In this document: piece after piece, positions 10,161 to 23,172 of the stretch
How the letters are laid out: every line of letters begins with the position of its first letter
Position numbering within the stretch: position 1 is the stretch's first letter
Source of the DNA: Nemertoderma westbladi
Lineage: Eukaryota > Animalia > Xenacoelomorpha
Assembly: GCA_032718475.1 (NCBI GenBank)
Contig: JAUCBJ010006771.1
Location: 1 to 51,014 of the forward strand
Reading direction: 5' to 3'
DNA length: 51,014 nucleotides
Notes under the pieces: model-generated
Told to the model about the DNA's origin: nothing
Databases searched by the model: none
What the model saw: the letters and a program-made list of their open reading frames with translations, nothing else
Program-made: the position numbers and the translations under genes

Positions 10161-13100
10161 CAGTCAGTCAGTCAGTCAGTCAGTCAGTCAGTCAGTCAGT
10201 CAGTCAGTCAGTCAGTCAGTCAGTCAGTCAGTCAGTCAGTCAGTCAGTCAGTCAGTCAGTCAGTCAGTCAGTCAGTCAGTCAGTCAGTCAGTCAGTCAGT
10301 CAGTCAGTCAGTCAGTCAGTCAGTCAGTCAGTCAGTCAGTCAGTCAGTCAGTCAGTCAGTCAGTCAGTCAGTCAGTCAGTCAGTCAGTCAGTCAGTCAGT
10401 CAGTCAGTCAGTCAGTCAGTCAGTCAGTCAGTCAGTCAGTCAGTCAGTCAGTCAGTCAGTCAGTCAGTCAGTCAGTCAGTCAGTCAGTCAGTCAGTCAGT
10501 CAGTCAGTCAGTCAGTCAGTCAGTCAGTCAGTCAGTCAGTCAGTCAGTCAGTCAGTCAGTCAGTCAGTCAGTCAGTCAGTCAGTCAGTCAGTCAGTCAGT
10601 CAGTCAGTCAGTCAGTCAGTCAGTCAGTCAGTCAGTCAGTCAGTCAGTCAGTCAGTCAGTCAGTCAGTCAGTCAGTCAGTCAGTCAGTCAGTCAGTCAGT
10701 CAGTCAGTCAGTCAGTCAGTCAGTCAGTCAGTCAGTCAGTCAGTCAGTCAGTCAGTCAGTCAGTCAGTCAGTCAGTCAGTCAGTCAGTCAGTCAGTCAGT
10801 CAGTCAGTCAGTCAGTCAGTCAGTCAGTCAGTCAGTCAGTCAGTCAGTCAGTCAGTCAGTCAGTCAGTCAGTCAGTCAGTCAGTCAGTCAGTCAGTCAGT
10901 CAGTCAGTCAGTCAGTCAGTCAGTCAGTCAGTCAGTCAGTCAGTCAGTCAGTCAGTCAGTCAGTCAGTCAGTCAGTCAGTCAGTCAGTCAGTCAGTCAGT
11001 CAGTCAGTCAGTCAGTCAGTCAGTCAGTCAGTCAGTCAGTCAGTCAGTCAGTCAGTCAGTCAGTCAGTCAGTCAGTCAGTCAGTCAGTCAGTCAGTCAGT
11101 CAGTCAGTCAGTCAGTCAGTCAGTCAGTCAGTCAGTCAGTCAGTCAGTCAGTCAGTCAGTCAGTCAGTCAGTCAGTCAGTCAGTCAGTCAGTCAGTCAGT
11201 CAGTCAGTCAGTCAGTCAGTCAGTCAGTCAGTCAGTCAGTCAGTCAGTCAGTCAGTCAGTCAGTCAGTCAGTCAGTCAGTCAGTCAGTCAGTCAGTCAGT
11301 CAGTCAGTCAGTCAGTCAGTCAGTCAGTCAGTCAGTCAGTCAGTCAGTCAGTCAGTCAGTCAGTCAGTCAGTCAGTCAGTCAGTCAGTCAGTCAGTCAGT
11401 CAGTCAGTCAGTCAGTCAGTCAGTCAGTCAGTCAGTCAGTCAGTCAGTCAGTCAGTCAGTCAGTCAGTCAGTCAGTCAGTCAGTCAGTCAGTCAGTCAGT
11501 CAGTCAGTCAGTCAGTCAGTCAGTCAGTCAGTCAGTCAGTCAGTCAGTCAGTCAGTCAGTCAGTCAGTCAGTCAGTCAGTCAGTCAGTCAGTCAGTCAGT
11601 CAGTCAGTCAGTCAGTCAGTCAGTCAGTCAGTCAGTCAGTCAGTCAGTCAGTCAGTCAGTCAGTCAGTCAGTCAGTCAGTCAGTCAGTCAGTCAGTCAGT
11701 CAGTCAGTCAGTCAGTCAGTCAGTCAGTCAGTCAGTCAGTCAGTCAGTCAGTCAGTCAGTCAGTCAGTCAGTCAGTCAGTCAGTCAGTCAGTCAGTCAGT
11801 CAGTCAGTCAGTCAGTCAGTCAGTCAGTCAGTCAGTCAGTCAGTCAGTCAGTCAGTCAGTCAGTCAGTCAGTCAGTCAGTCAGTCAGTCAGTCAGTCAGT
11901 CAGTCAGTCAGTCAGTCAGTCAGTCAGTCAGTCAGTCAGTCAGTCAGTCAGTCAGTCAGTCAGTCAGTCAGTCAGTCAGTCAGTCAGTCAGTCAGTCAGT
12001 CAGTCAGTCAGTCAGTCAGTCAGTCAGTCAGTCAGTCAGTCAGTCAGTCAGTCAGTCAGTCAGTCAGTCAGTCAGTCAGTCAGTCAGTCAGTCAGTCAGT
12101 CAGTCAGTCAGTCAGTCAGTCAGTCAGTCAGTCAGTCAGTCAGTCAGTCAGTCAGTCAGTCAGTCAGTCAGTCAGTCAGTCAGTCAGTCAGTCAGTCAGT
12201 CAGTCAGTCAGTCAGTCAGTCAGTCAGTCAGTCAGTCAGTCAGTCAGTCAGTCAGTCAGTCAGTCAGTCAGTCAGTCAGTCAGTCAGTCAGTCAGTCAGT
12301 CAGTCAGTCAGTCAGTCAGTCAGTCAGTCAGTCAGTCAGTCAGTCAGTCAGTCAGTCAGTCAGTCAGTCAGTCAGTCAGTCAGTCAGTCAGTCAGTCAGT
12401 CAGTCAGTCAGTCAGTCAGTCAGTCAGTCAGTCAGTCAGTCAGTCAGTCAGTCAGTCAGTCAGTCAGTCAGTCAGTCAGTCAGTCAGTCAGTCAGTCAGT
12501 CAGTCAGTCAGTCAGTCAGTCAGTCAGTCAGTCAGTCAGTCAGTCAGTCAGTCAGTCAGTCAGTCAGTCAGTCAGTCAGTCAGTCAGTCAGTCAGTCAGT
12601 CAGTCAGTCAGTCAGTCAGTCAGTCAGTCAGTCAGTCAGTCAGTCAGTCAGTCAGTCAGTCAGTCAGTCAGTCAGTCAGTCAGTCAGTCAGTCAGTCAGT
12701 CAGTCAGTCAGTCAGTCAGTCAGTCAGTCAGTCAGTCAGTCAGTCAGTCAGTCAGTCAGTCAGTCAGTCAGTCAGTCAGTCAGTCAGTCAAGTCAGTCAA
12801 GTCAGTCAAGTCAGTCAAGTCAGTCAAGTCAGTCAAGTCAGTCAAGTCAGTCAAGTCAGTCAAGTCAGTCAAGTCAGTCAAGTCAGTCAAGTCAGTCAAG
12901 TCAGTCAAGTCAGTCAAGTCAGTCAAGTCAGTCAAGTCAGTCAAGTCAGTCAAGTCAGTCAAGTCAGTCAAGTCAGTCAAGTCAGTCAAGTCAGTCAAGT
13001 CAGTCAAGTCAGTCAAGTCAGTCAAGTCAGTCAAGTCAGTCAAGTCAGTCAAGTCAGTCAAGTCAGTCAAGTCAGTCAAGTCAGTCAAGTCAGTCAAGTC

Positions 13101-16100
13101 AGTCAAGTCAGTCAAGTCAGTCAAGTCAGTCAAGTCAGTCAAGTCAGTCAAGTCAGTCAAGTCAGTCAGTCAGTCAGTCAGTCAGTCAGTCAGTCAGTCA
13201 GTCAGTCAGTCAGTCAGTCAGTCAGTCAGTCAGTCAGTCAGTCAGTCAGTCAGTCAGTCAGTCAGTCAGTCAGTCAGTCAGTCAGTCAGTCAGTCAGTCA
13301 GTCAGTCAGTCAGTCAGTCAGTCAGTCAGTCAGTCAGTCAGTCAGTCAGTCAGTCAGTCAGTCAGTCAGTCAGTCAGTCAGTCAGTCAGTCAGTCAGTCA
13401 GTCAGTCAGTCAGTCAGTCAGTCAGTCAGTCAGTCAGTCAGTCAGTCAGTCAGTCAGTCAGTCAGTCAGTCAGTCAGTCAGTCAGTCAGTCAGTCAGTCA
13501 GTCAGTCAGTCAGTCAGTCAGTCAGTCAGTCAGTCAGTCAGTCAGTCAGTCAGTCAGTCAGTCAGTCAGTCAGTCAGTCAGTCAGTCAGTCAGTCAGTCA
13601 GTCAGTCAGTCAGTCAGTCAGTCAGTCAGTCAGTCAGTCAGTCAGTCAGTCAGTCAGTCAGTCAGTCAGTCAGTCAGTCAGTCAGTCAGTCAGTCAGTCA
13701 GTCAGTCAGTCAGTCAGTCAGTCAGTCAGTCAGTCAGTCAGTCAGTCAGTCAGTCAGTCAGTCAGTCAGTCAGTCAGTCAGTCAGTCAGTCAGTCAGTCA
13801 GTCAGTCAGTCAGTCAGTCAGTCAGTCAGTCAGTCAGTCAGTCAGTCAGTCAGTCAGTCAGTCAGTCAGTCAGTCAGTCAGTCAGTCAGTCAGTCAGTCA
13901 GTCAGTCAGTCAGTCAGTCAGTCAGTCAGTCAGTCAGTCAGTCAGTCAGTCAGTCAGTCAGTCAGTCAGTCAGTCAGTCAGTCAGTCAGTCAGTCAGTCA
14001 GTCAGTCAGTCAGTCAGTCAGTCAGTCAGTCAGTCAGTCAGTCAGTCAGTCAGTCAGTCAGTCAGTCAGTCAGTCAGTCAGTCAGTCAGTCAGTCAGTCA
14101 GTCAGTCAGTCAGTCAGTCAGTCAGTCAGTCAGTCAGTCAGTCAGTCAGTCAGTCAGTCAGTCAGTCAGTCAGTCAGTCAGTCAGTCAGTCAGTCAGTCA
14201 GTCAGTCAGTCAGTCAGTCAGTCAGTCAGTCAGTCAGTCAGTCAGTCAGTCAGTCAGTCAGTCAGTCAGTCAGTCAGTCAGTCAGTCAGTCAGTCAGTCA
14301 GTCAGTCAGTCAGTCAGTCAGTCAGTCAGTCAGTCAGTCAGTCAGTCAGTCAGTCAGTCAGTCAGTCAGTCAGTCAGTCAGTCAGTCAGTCAGTCAGTCA
14401 GTCAGTCAGTCAGTCAGTCAGTCAGTCAGTCAGTCAGTCAGTCAGTCAGTCAGTCAGTCAGTCAGTCAGTCAGTCAGTCAGTCAGTCAGTCAGTCAGTCA
14501 GTCAGTCAGTCAGTCAGTCAGTCAGTCAGTCAGTCAGTCAGTCAGTCAGTCAGTCAGTCAGTCAGTCAGTCAGTCAGTCAGTCAGTCAGTCAGTCAGTCA
14601 GTCAGTCAGTCAGTCAGTCAGTCAGTCAGTCAGTCAGTCAGTCAGTCAGTCAGTCAGTCAGTCAGTCAGTCAGTCAGTCAGTCAGTCAGTCAGTCAGTCA
14701 GTCAGTCAGTCAGTCAGTCAGTCAGTCAGTCAGTCAGTCAGTCAGTCAGTCAGTCAGTCAGTCAGTCAGTCAGTCAGTCAGTCAGTCAGTCAGTCAGTCA
14801 GTCAGTCAGTCAGTCAGTCAGTCAGTCAGTCAGTCAGTCAGTCAGTCAGTCAGTCAGTCAGTCAGTCAGTCAGTCAGTCAGTCAGTCAGTCAGTCAGTCA
14901 GTCAGTCAGTCAGTCAGTCAGTCAGTCAGTCAGTCAGTCAGTCAGTCAGTCAGTCAGTCAGTCAGTCAGTCAGTCAGTCAGTCAGTCAGTCAGTCAGTCA
15001 GTCAGTCAGTCAGTCAGTCAGTCAGTCAGTCAGTCAGTCAGTCAGTCAGTCAGTCAGTCAGTCAGTCAGTCAGTCAGTCAGTCAGTCAGTCAGTCAGTCA
15101 GTCAGTCAGTCAGTCAGTCAGTCAGTCAGTCAGTCAGTCAGTCAGTCAGTCAGTCAGTCAGTCAGTCAGTCAGTCAGTCAGTCAGTCAGTCAGTCAGTCA
15201 GTCAGTCAGTCAGTCAGTCAGTCAGTCAGTCAGTCAGTCAGTCAGTCAGTCAGTCAGTCAGTCAGTCAGTCAGTCAGTCAGTCAGTCAGTCAGTCAGTCA
15301 GTCAGTCAGTCAGTCAGTCAGTCAGTCAGTCAGTCAGTCAGTCAGTCAGTCAGTCAGTCAGTCAGTCAGTCAGTCAGTCAGTCAGTCAGTCAGTCAGTCA
15401 GTCAGTCAGTCAGTCAGTCAGTCAGTCAGTCAGTCAGTCAGTCAGTCAGTCAGTCAGTCAGTCAGTCAGTCAGTCAGGTCAGGTCAGGTCAGTCAGGTCA
15501 GGTCAGTCAGGTCAGGTCAGGTCAGGTCAGGTCAGGTCAGGTCAGGTCAGGTCAGGTCAGTCAGTCAGGTCAGGTCAGGTCAGGTCAGTCAGGTCAGGTC
15601 AGGTCAGGTCAGGTCAGGTCAGGTCAGTCAGGTCAGGTCAGGTCAGGTCAGGTCAGTCAGGTCAGTCAGTCAGGTCAGGTCAGTCAGGTCAGTCAGGTCA
15701 GGTCAGGTCAGTCAGGTCAGTCAGGTCAGGTCAGGTCAGTCAGTCAGTCAGGTCAGTCAGTCAGTCAGTCAGTCAGTCAGTCAGTCAGTCAGTCAGTCAG
15801 TCAGTCAGTCAGTCAGTCAGTCAGTCAGTCAGTCAGTCAGTCAGTCAGTCAGTCAGTCAGTCAGTCAGTCAGTCAGTCAGTCAGTCAGTCAGTCAGTCAG
15901 TCAGTCAGTCAGTCAGTCAGTCAGTCAGTCAGTCAGTCAGTCAGTCAGTCAGTCAGTCAGTCAGTCAGTCAGTCAGTCAGTCAGTCAGTCAGTCAGTCAG
16001 TCAGTCAGTCAGTCAGTCAGTCAGTCAGTCAGTCAGTCAGTCAGTCAGTCAGTCAGTCAGTCAGTCAGTCAGTCAGTCAGTCAGTCAGTCAGTCAGTCAG

Positions 16101-18465
16101 TCAGTCAGTCAGTCAGTCAGTCAGTCAGTCAGTCAGTCAGTCAGTCAGTCAGTCAGTCAGTCAGTCAGTCAGTCAGTCAGTCAGTCAGTCAGTCAGTCAG
16201 TCAGTCAGTCAGTCAGTCAGTCAGTCAGTCAGTCAGTCAGTCAGTCAGTCAGTCAGTCAGTCAGTCAGTCAGTCAGTCAGTCAGTCAGTCAGTCAGTCAG
16301 TCAGTCAGTCAGTCAGTCAGTCAGTCAGTCAGTCAGTCAGTCAGTCAGTCAGTCAGTCAGTCAGTCAGTCAGTCAGTCAGTCAGTCAGTCAGTCAGTCAG
16401 TCAGTCAGTCAGTCAGTCAGTCAGTCAGTCAGTCAGTCAGTCAGTCAGTCAGTCAGTCAGTCAGTCAGTCAGTCAGTCAGTCAGTCAGTCAGTCAGTCAG
16501 TCAGTCAGTCAGTCAGTCAGTCAGTCAGTCAGTCAGTCAGTCAGTCAGTCAGTCAGTCAGTCAGTCAGTCAGTCAGTCAGTCAGTCAGTCAGTCAGTCAG
16601 TCAGTCAGTCAGTCAGTCAGTCAGTCAGTCAGTCAGTCAGTCAGTCAGTCAGTCAGTCAGTCAGTCAGTCAGTCAGTCAGTCAGTCAGTCAGTCAGTCAG
16701 TCAGTCAGTCAGTCAGTCAGTCAGTCAGTCAGTCAGTCAGTCAGTCAGTCACTCAGTCAGTCAGTCAGTCACTCAGTCAGTCAGTCACTCACTCAGTCAG
16801 TCAGTCACTCAGTCAGTCAGTCAGTCACTCACTCAGTCAGTCAGTCACTCAGTCAGTCAGTCAGTCACTCAGTCAGTCAGTCAGTCACTCACTCAGTCAG
16901 TCAGTCAGTCAGTCAGTCACTCAGTCAGTCAGTCAGTCAGTCAGTCAGTCAGTCAGTCAGTCAGTCAGTCAGTCAGTCAGTCAGTCAGTCAGTCAGTCAG
17001 TCAGTCAGTCAGTCAGTCAGTCAGTCAGTCAGTCAGTCAGTCAGTCAGTCAGTCAGTCAGTCAGTCAGTCAGTCAGTCAGTCAGTCAGTCAGTCAGTCAG
17101 TCAGTCAGTCAGTCAGTCAGTCAGTCAGTCAGTCAGTCAGTCAGTCAGTCACTCAGTCAGTCACTCAGTCAGTCAGTCAGTCAGTCAGTCAGTCAGTCAG
17201 TCAGTCAGTCAGTCAGTCAGTCAGTCAGTCAGTCAGTCAGTCAGTCAGTCAGTCAGTCAGTCAGTCAGTCAGTCAGTCAGTCAGTCAGTCAGTCAGTCAG
17301 TCAGTCAGTCAGTCAGTCAGTCACTCAGTCAGTCAGTCAGTCAGTCAGTCACTCAGTCAGTCAGTCAGTCACTCACTCAGTCAGTCAGTCACTCACTCAG
17401 TCAGTCAGTCACTCACTCAGTCAGTCACTCACTCAGTCAGTCAGTCACTCACTCAGTCAGTCACTCAGTCAGTCAGTCAGTCAGTCAGTCAGTCAGTCAG
17501 TCAGTCAGTCAGTCAGTCAGTCAGTCAGTCAGTCAGTCAGTCAGTCAGTCAGTCAGTCAGTCAGTCAGTCAGTCAGTCAGTCAGTCAGTCAGTCAGTCAG
17601 TCAGTCAGTCAGTCAGTCAGTCAGTCAGTCAGTCAGTCAGTCAGTCAGTCAGTCAGTCAGTCAGTCAGTCAGTCAGTCAGTCAGTCAGTCAGTCAGTCAG
17701 TCAGTCAGTCAGTCAGTCAGTCAGTCAGTCAGTCAGTCAGTCAGTCACTCACTCAGTCAGTCAGTCACTCACTCAGTCAGTCACTCAGTCAGTCAGTCAG
17801 TCAGTCAGTCAGTCAGTCAGTCAGTCAGTCAGTCAGTCAGTCAGTCAGTCAGTCAGTCAGTCAGTCAGTCAGTCAGTCAGTCAGTCAGTCAGTCAGTCAG
17901 TCAGTCAGTCAGTCAGTCAGTCAGTCAGTCAGTCAGTCAGTCAGTCAGTCAGTCAGTCAGTCAGTCAGTCAGTCAGTCAGTCAGTCAGTCAGTCAGTCAG
18001 TCAGTCAGTCAGTCAGTCAGTCAGTCAGTCAGTCAGTCAGTCAGTCAGTCAGTCAGTCAGTCAGTCAGTCAGTCAGTCAGTCAGTCAGTCAGTCAGTCAG
18101 TCAGTCAGTCAGTCAGTCAGTCAGTCAGTCAGTCAGTCAGTCAGTCAGTCAGTCAGTCAGTCAGTCAGTCAGTCAGTCAGTCAGTCAGTCAGTCAGTCAG
18201 TCAGTCAGTCAGTCAGTCAGTCAGTCAGTCAGTCAGTCAGTCAGTCAGTCAGTCAGTCAGTCAGTCAGTCAGTCAGTCAGTCAGTCAGTCAGTCAGTCAG
18301 TCAGTCAGTCAGTCAGTCAGTCAGTCAGTCAGTCAGTCAGTCAGTCAGTCAGTCAGTCAGTCAGTCAGTCAGTCAGTCAGTCAGTCAGTCAGTCAGTCAG
18401 TCAGCCAGCCAGCCAGCCAGCCAGTCCGTCAGCCAGCCAGCCAGCCAGTCCATCAATCAATCAGC
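10161..18465. repeat. Giant (CAGT)n tetranucleotide satellite (~8.3 kb) with variant blocks
   Basis: Pure CAGT interrupted by (GTCAGTCAA)n at ~12786-13160, GTCAG-rich variants at ~15476-15752, CACT variants at ~16750-17790 and a degenerate CAGC/CAAT right end. Confidence 0.97.
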
Positions 18466-18499
18466 CAACAATTCTTATTATTACAGTAATGAACCTCTC

Positions 18500-21400
18500 G
18501 GTTCCAACTAGTGATGGCGTCAAGGCGCCGTTAAGCTAGTCGGAAGTCGTCAATCAAATGTATGTTCCCTCAACAATGTTTACCTATGGACAGAAGGGAA
18601 GTGTTATTTACCTATGGTCAGAGAGGATTGAGTATTAAGATGTTATAACATCCGATATTTATAAACCGGTACTATACTTCATACTACATATAGATAATAG
18701 ATAATACACAAATAAACGGCACTAGCAGATAGGCCTAATCAATATACAAAGATAACAGCTACCGGTACAAAACCCAACACCAAAACCTCACAAAGACACA
18801 CCTCACACACTTCCCCCTCAAACGAAACCACTATGAACAAGTTTTACATCCTGTAAATGAACAGATCGACCATCTTGTAGAATAACCACATTTGTAAATG
18901 GCCTTCACTAACCTTTCCAGGTTTATCCCACCGAGAGTTTAACTTTTTTACTGCACCTCGTTCCCGTACCAATACCATATCGCCCACCCTTGGACACCCC
19001 ATTTCTGTCCAAGGCTCTGCCCAATCAGTAACTGGTGGATTACATATTACTCCTGTAACTTGCTGCAATGGTGATGTTCCTGTAGCGTCATGTACAACTC
19101 GATTAAGTTCATATACTGCTTTATTCAAATTATCATACCAGGGACCAGACATACATCTGAGACGGTCGTTTAAAGTTCGATGGACCCGTTCACAAATGGC
19201 ATTGCCTTGCAATACCAGCTTTATCTATTATCTGCTTAAAAACCTGACCAATGAAGTTTTGACTTCTATCAGATAGCAATACACGAGGTGGGCCAAATTT
19301 ATAAACCCAGTTGTCTAAAAACGCCGCCCCAACAGTAGCAGAGTCTGTTTTAATAAGAGGTACAGCCACAAGATATCTTGTAGCATGGTCAATTATAGTA
19401 ACACCCAACTATATCCTGAGCACTGTACAGGCAATGGGCCAACCAAATCGATTGCAACAAATTCAAAGGGCGAGAATGCAGGTGCCGTCGGAAATGTTTC
19501 TGTTCGTGGATGAAATTGCTTATAACCTTTCTGGGAAGCACATACACGACATCTATTTATAATGGATTGGATATGTTTTCGCATATCACGACACCACAAA
19601 CCAAATTGTAAAACGCTCAAACGTGTCTTCTTGACCCCAAAATGCCCAGCTTCATGATACTGTGTCAAAACATCCAAAACTTCATGAGCTGGAATCACAA
19701 CACGGTTATAATAACGAATAATGCCTCCAGCAATATAATAATTTGTAGGCAATTCTTTGTTTAGAAGTTCCATTAATGCAGGATCCTTCGACTGACACTC
19801 TTCCCAGTTTGCATCCCGTATTCCTGCTACAGTAGCATAACATCCATAAGATGACATGAACTCTGGTGCCTCAGAATTGAGGGTTGAATCTATTACTGAC
19901 CGACTTAACGCATCAGCAATTACATTTTCACAACCACGGCTTTGAATAATTTCAAATCGATAGCTAGCCAGTTTATCACGCCATCGAGCCTGTCTATCAT
20001 TATGTGTCCGACCTCGAACCATACTTAACAAAGGTTTATGGTCTGTAAATACTTGAAACTCACGACCATACACATGGATGGAACTTAAGAATTGCCCAAT
20101 GCAGCGCAAAAAATTCCCTGTTAGTCGTTGAATAATGCCTCTGTGTTATGGTCTGTAAATACTTGAAACTCACGACCATACACATGGATGGAACTTAAGA
20201 ATTGCCCAATGCAGCGCAAAAAATTCCCTGTTAGTCGTTGAATAATGCCTCTGTGTTGGAGTGAGTTTATGACTAGCAAATGCCACTGGGTGCCAATTTC
20301 CGTCGCACTCCTGCGATAACACTGCCCCTATTCCAATTGAAGATGCTTCTGTTTCCAACCGAAATGGTTTTGTAAAATCAGGGAGACATAGAACCGGATC
20401 ATTCAATACACAGTTTTTCAATTCCTGGAATGCCTGTTCGCATTCTTCTGACCATACAAACTACAGCTACTGACATAATAACACATAACTTTGCTACTGG
20501 CTGATTTTGTGCTGCATATAAAGGACTAGCAATAGAAGCATATACAGGAATGAAACGGGAGTAAAAAGAGCACATTCCAGTGAAGCTCATAACCTCTTTA
20601 GGGGTAGTTGGGCGTGGATAATTGTAAATCGCCTGAACTTTCTTTGGATCAGTACGGGTGTTTCCATCTTCAACAATAAAACCAAAAACATGAACGGACT
20701 TGCGGCCAAAATAACATTTTGCAGGGTTAAGTTTTAATTGGTCATCCCGTAATCTTATAAAAATATTTTCCAATGAAATAAAATGTTCATCTAAACTTAT
20801 ATCAGGAACGAGAATGTCATCAAGATAAGGAGGTACTTTTGCAGTAGCAATGTGTGGTTTTAATGATTGTAATGTATCTTTCAATTCACGTTGAAAGTTT
20901 GGTGGTGAGTTATTCCAACCAAATGGAAGAACAGTAAATTGCCAAAGACTATCGCCTGCTTGAAATGCTGTCTTAGGGCGAGATTCCTTTGAAATCGGCA
21001 TCTGCCAATATGCAGACTGTAGATCCAGGGTTCTAATCACTTTTGCCCCAGCCAACTGATCAAGAAGGTCATCAATACGAGGAAGAGGGTGATTATCTGG
21101 AACAGTAACCTCATTACGTTTTGCGTAATTAACACAAAAACGCTTCGTAGCATTATTTTTAGGAACCAACAATGCTGGGAAGGACCATGGTGATTTACTT
21201 GGCTCCACTTCGTTCATCCGAAGCATTTTTGTAACATGTTCCATAATTTAAGCTTTTTCTTCAGGACTGCGACGATATTGGTGAAGAAAAATAGGTGCTG
21301 CATCTCCTGTTTCGATATCGAAAGAAGCAGTAGCATGAGTTCCAATGTCTTCTTCATTTCTTGCAAAGATATCAGAATATTGCCACAATAAATCACACAA

Positions 21401-22630
21401 TTTTTTCTGTTCAACTAAACACCAATTAGGTAATGTAAACTGTGTTAGAAACGATTCTCTTTATATATATTTGACCTTTCTGTCATCACACCACAGAATA
21501 GAATTTCCATATTTCCAAAATCAATTACAATTAATTATTTTTTTCAAAATATCACGCCCAATTACAGCAAAGGAAACATTTCGAACATAAGCAAACCAGT
21601 GTTGTGATTTATGTCTATTCAAGTTTACTTCAAACAAACCATACATTGAAACTGTAAAATGTTTATTAGCTAAAGTAGAAAAATCACGGCTGGGTCCGAT
21701 GCGAAAATCCAAAGCTGCATCCCTGAATTTGTTCAAATCAGGCACAAAACTAATATCGGACCCGGTATCCACCAGAGTTTGACAAGGCTGCCTAATAACC
21801 GAGAAATAAACTAGAGTTGATTTGGCTGACAACGATGTTTTACCCAAATCACTGACAGCCCCTATTCGTTCTTTGTTCTACAAACAGTAGCGATATGACC
21901 CTTTTTCTGGCACTTAAAACATGTCAAATCCCGCCAACATCTGTCTTTTTCGTGTCCTTTCTTACCACAAATCTCACAAACTTTTGAAAGATGTCGAATA
22001 TGCACCGCTGCAAACGCATGACAACTTTCTTCATCCAGTAGAGTCTGAACGAAATTGGCGATATCAACAGAGGGTTCCTGTGGAAACTGAAATCTGGAAA
22101 TCGCCATGCTGAAACTGTAGTACGCACCCGAAAGTCGAACGAGTCAATCAGACATTGAGAAATTGCATGATCTCCGAGTGACAAATATTTCGCCTAGTGC
22201 TGTAATTTAGTTAAACTTGTAAATACCTCTGACGGTTGAGCCGTCTTCAATGCAGCAAATTCCGAACTTGGATCTGTTGGTCGTACCAAACGCCGCCAAT
22301 CCTCTTCTATCGCCTTTGTTGCTGTTTTGTATGTAGTACGGCCATTGCTTACCTTACTAGTTAACACTTACTTACTAGTTACAACTCATCCGATAAACAA
22401 TGAGGAAGTAAAGCAATCCGCGTCTCGTCACTCAATTCTTTATCAGAACTTACACATTTTGAAAGGAACCATGCCTCTACTTGCATCTTCCATACATCAA
22501 ATGACAAAGACAACACTGATAGCACCGGTATATTCGGTATATTAAGATAAGAGGAGGTCTGCGCAACAAGCTGTTGTAGTATCATGGAAGGAGGTTCTTG
22601 AGAGGGATGTTGAAGATGGCATGGCACCCT
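18500..22630 (-). mobile_element. Decayed Ty3/Gypsy LTR retrotransposon (gag-PR-RT-RH-IN plus probable 3' LTR)
   Basis: Two CCHC knuckles (CEICGKKGHEKDRC, CFKCQKKGHIATVC), protease LVDTGS, RT YLDD, RNase H (FTDHKPL, IADALSR) and integrase (HFGVKKT..CRVC, IDLVGPLP, GNAICERVHRTL). PPT GAGGGGGAAG at 18810-18819 is followed by TG. Many frameshifts; 5' LTR not found. Confidence 0.92.
20036..20256. repeat. 110-bp tandem duplication inside Gypsy RNase H
   Basis: TTATGGTCTGTAAATACTTG... starts at both 20036 and 20146. Confidence 0.92.
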
Positions 22631-23172
22631 CCCAAGCGGTCCCTTTAAGGCCCAGTAAGAAATCCATACGGGTGCATTGGTCCCACTCCCCAGATCTTCA
22701 TGTCATCCTCGGAAAAGAGCTCTATCTCATTCTGCAAATTCTTGCATCTCCAGATGGAAGCCAGTCACCTCGCGCGTTGCTCCCCCTGTCTCTGGGAACA
22801 GCACTTCATCCGGGCTCACTATCGAACAGTGTCCCAAATGTGTATTGTCTGCTCTCACACACCTGGTATCCTGGGGTGCTGGGGTGCTGGTATATGTGCC
22901 AGTGGCATCTTCCTCCAAACCGCACAGTTCCCATCTCACTACAGTCGCATCTGTGGAAAGGGCATCCCCTGGTCTCATGGACCCAACCGCATCACCAGTT
23001 TATAATTGGATATCTGGTGTGTCCAGTGATATTATGTGGCTGTTCTAGCTGACATCCAAAACTGAGCATCCCAAATCCACACTATCAAGATTGAGCAGGA
23101 CAACAGGTACATGATCCTGCACCTTTCTGAATCACACACACAGGCTGGCATGTACCAAAGCATTGGGAATAA

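Noticed and set aside
12780-13160. 126-aa (TDL)n ORF
   Set aside because: By-product of the 9-bp satellite variant, with no real start codon.
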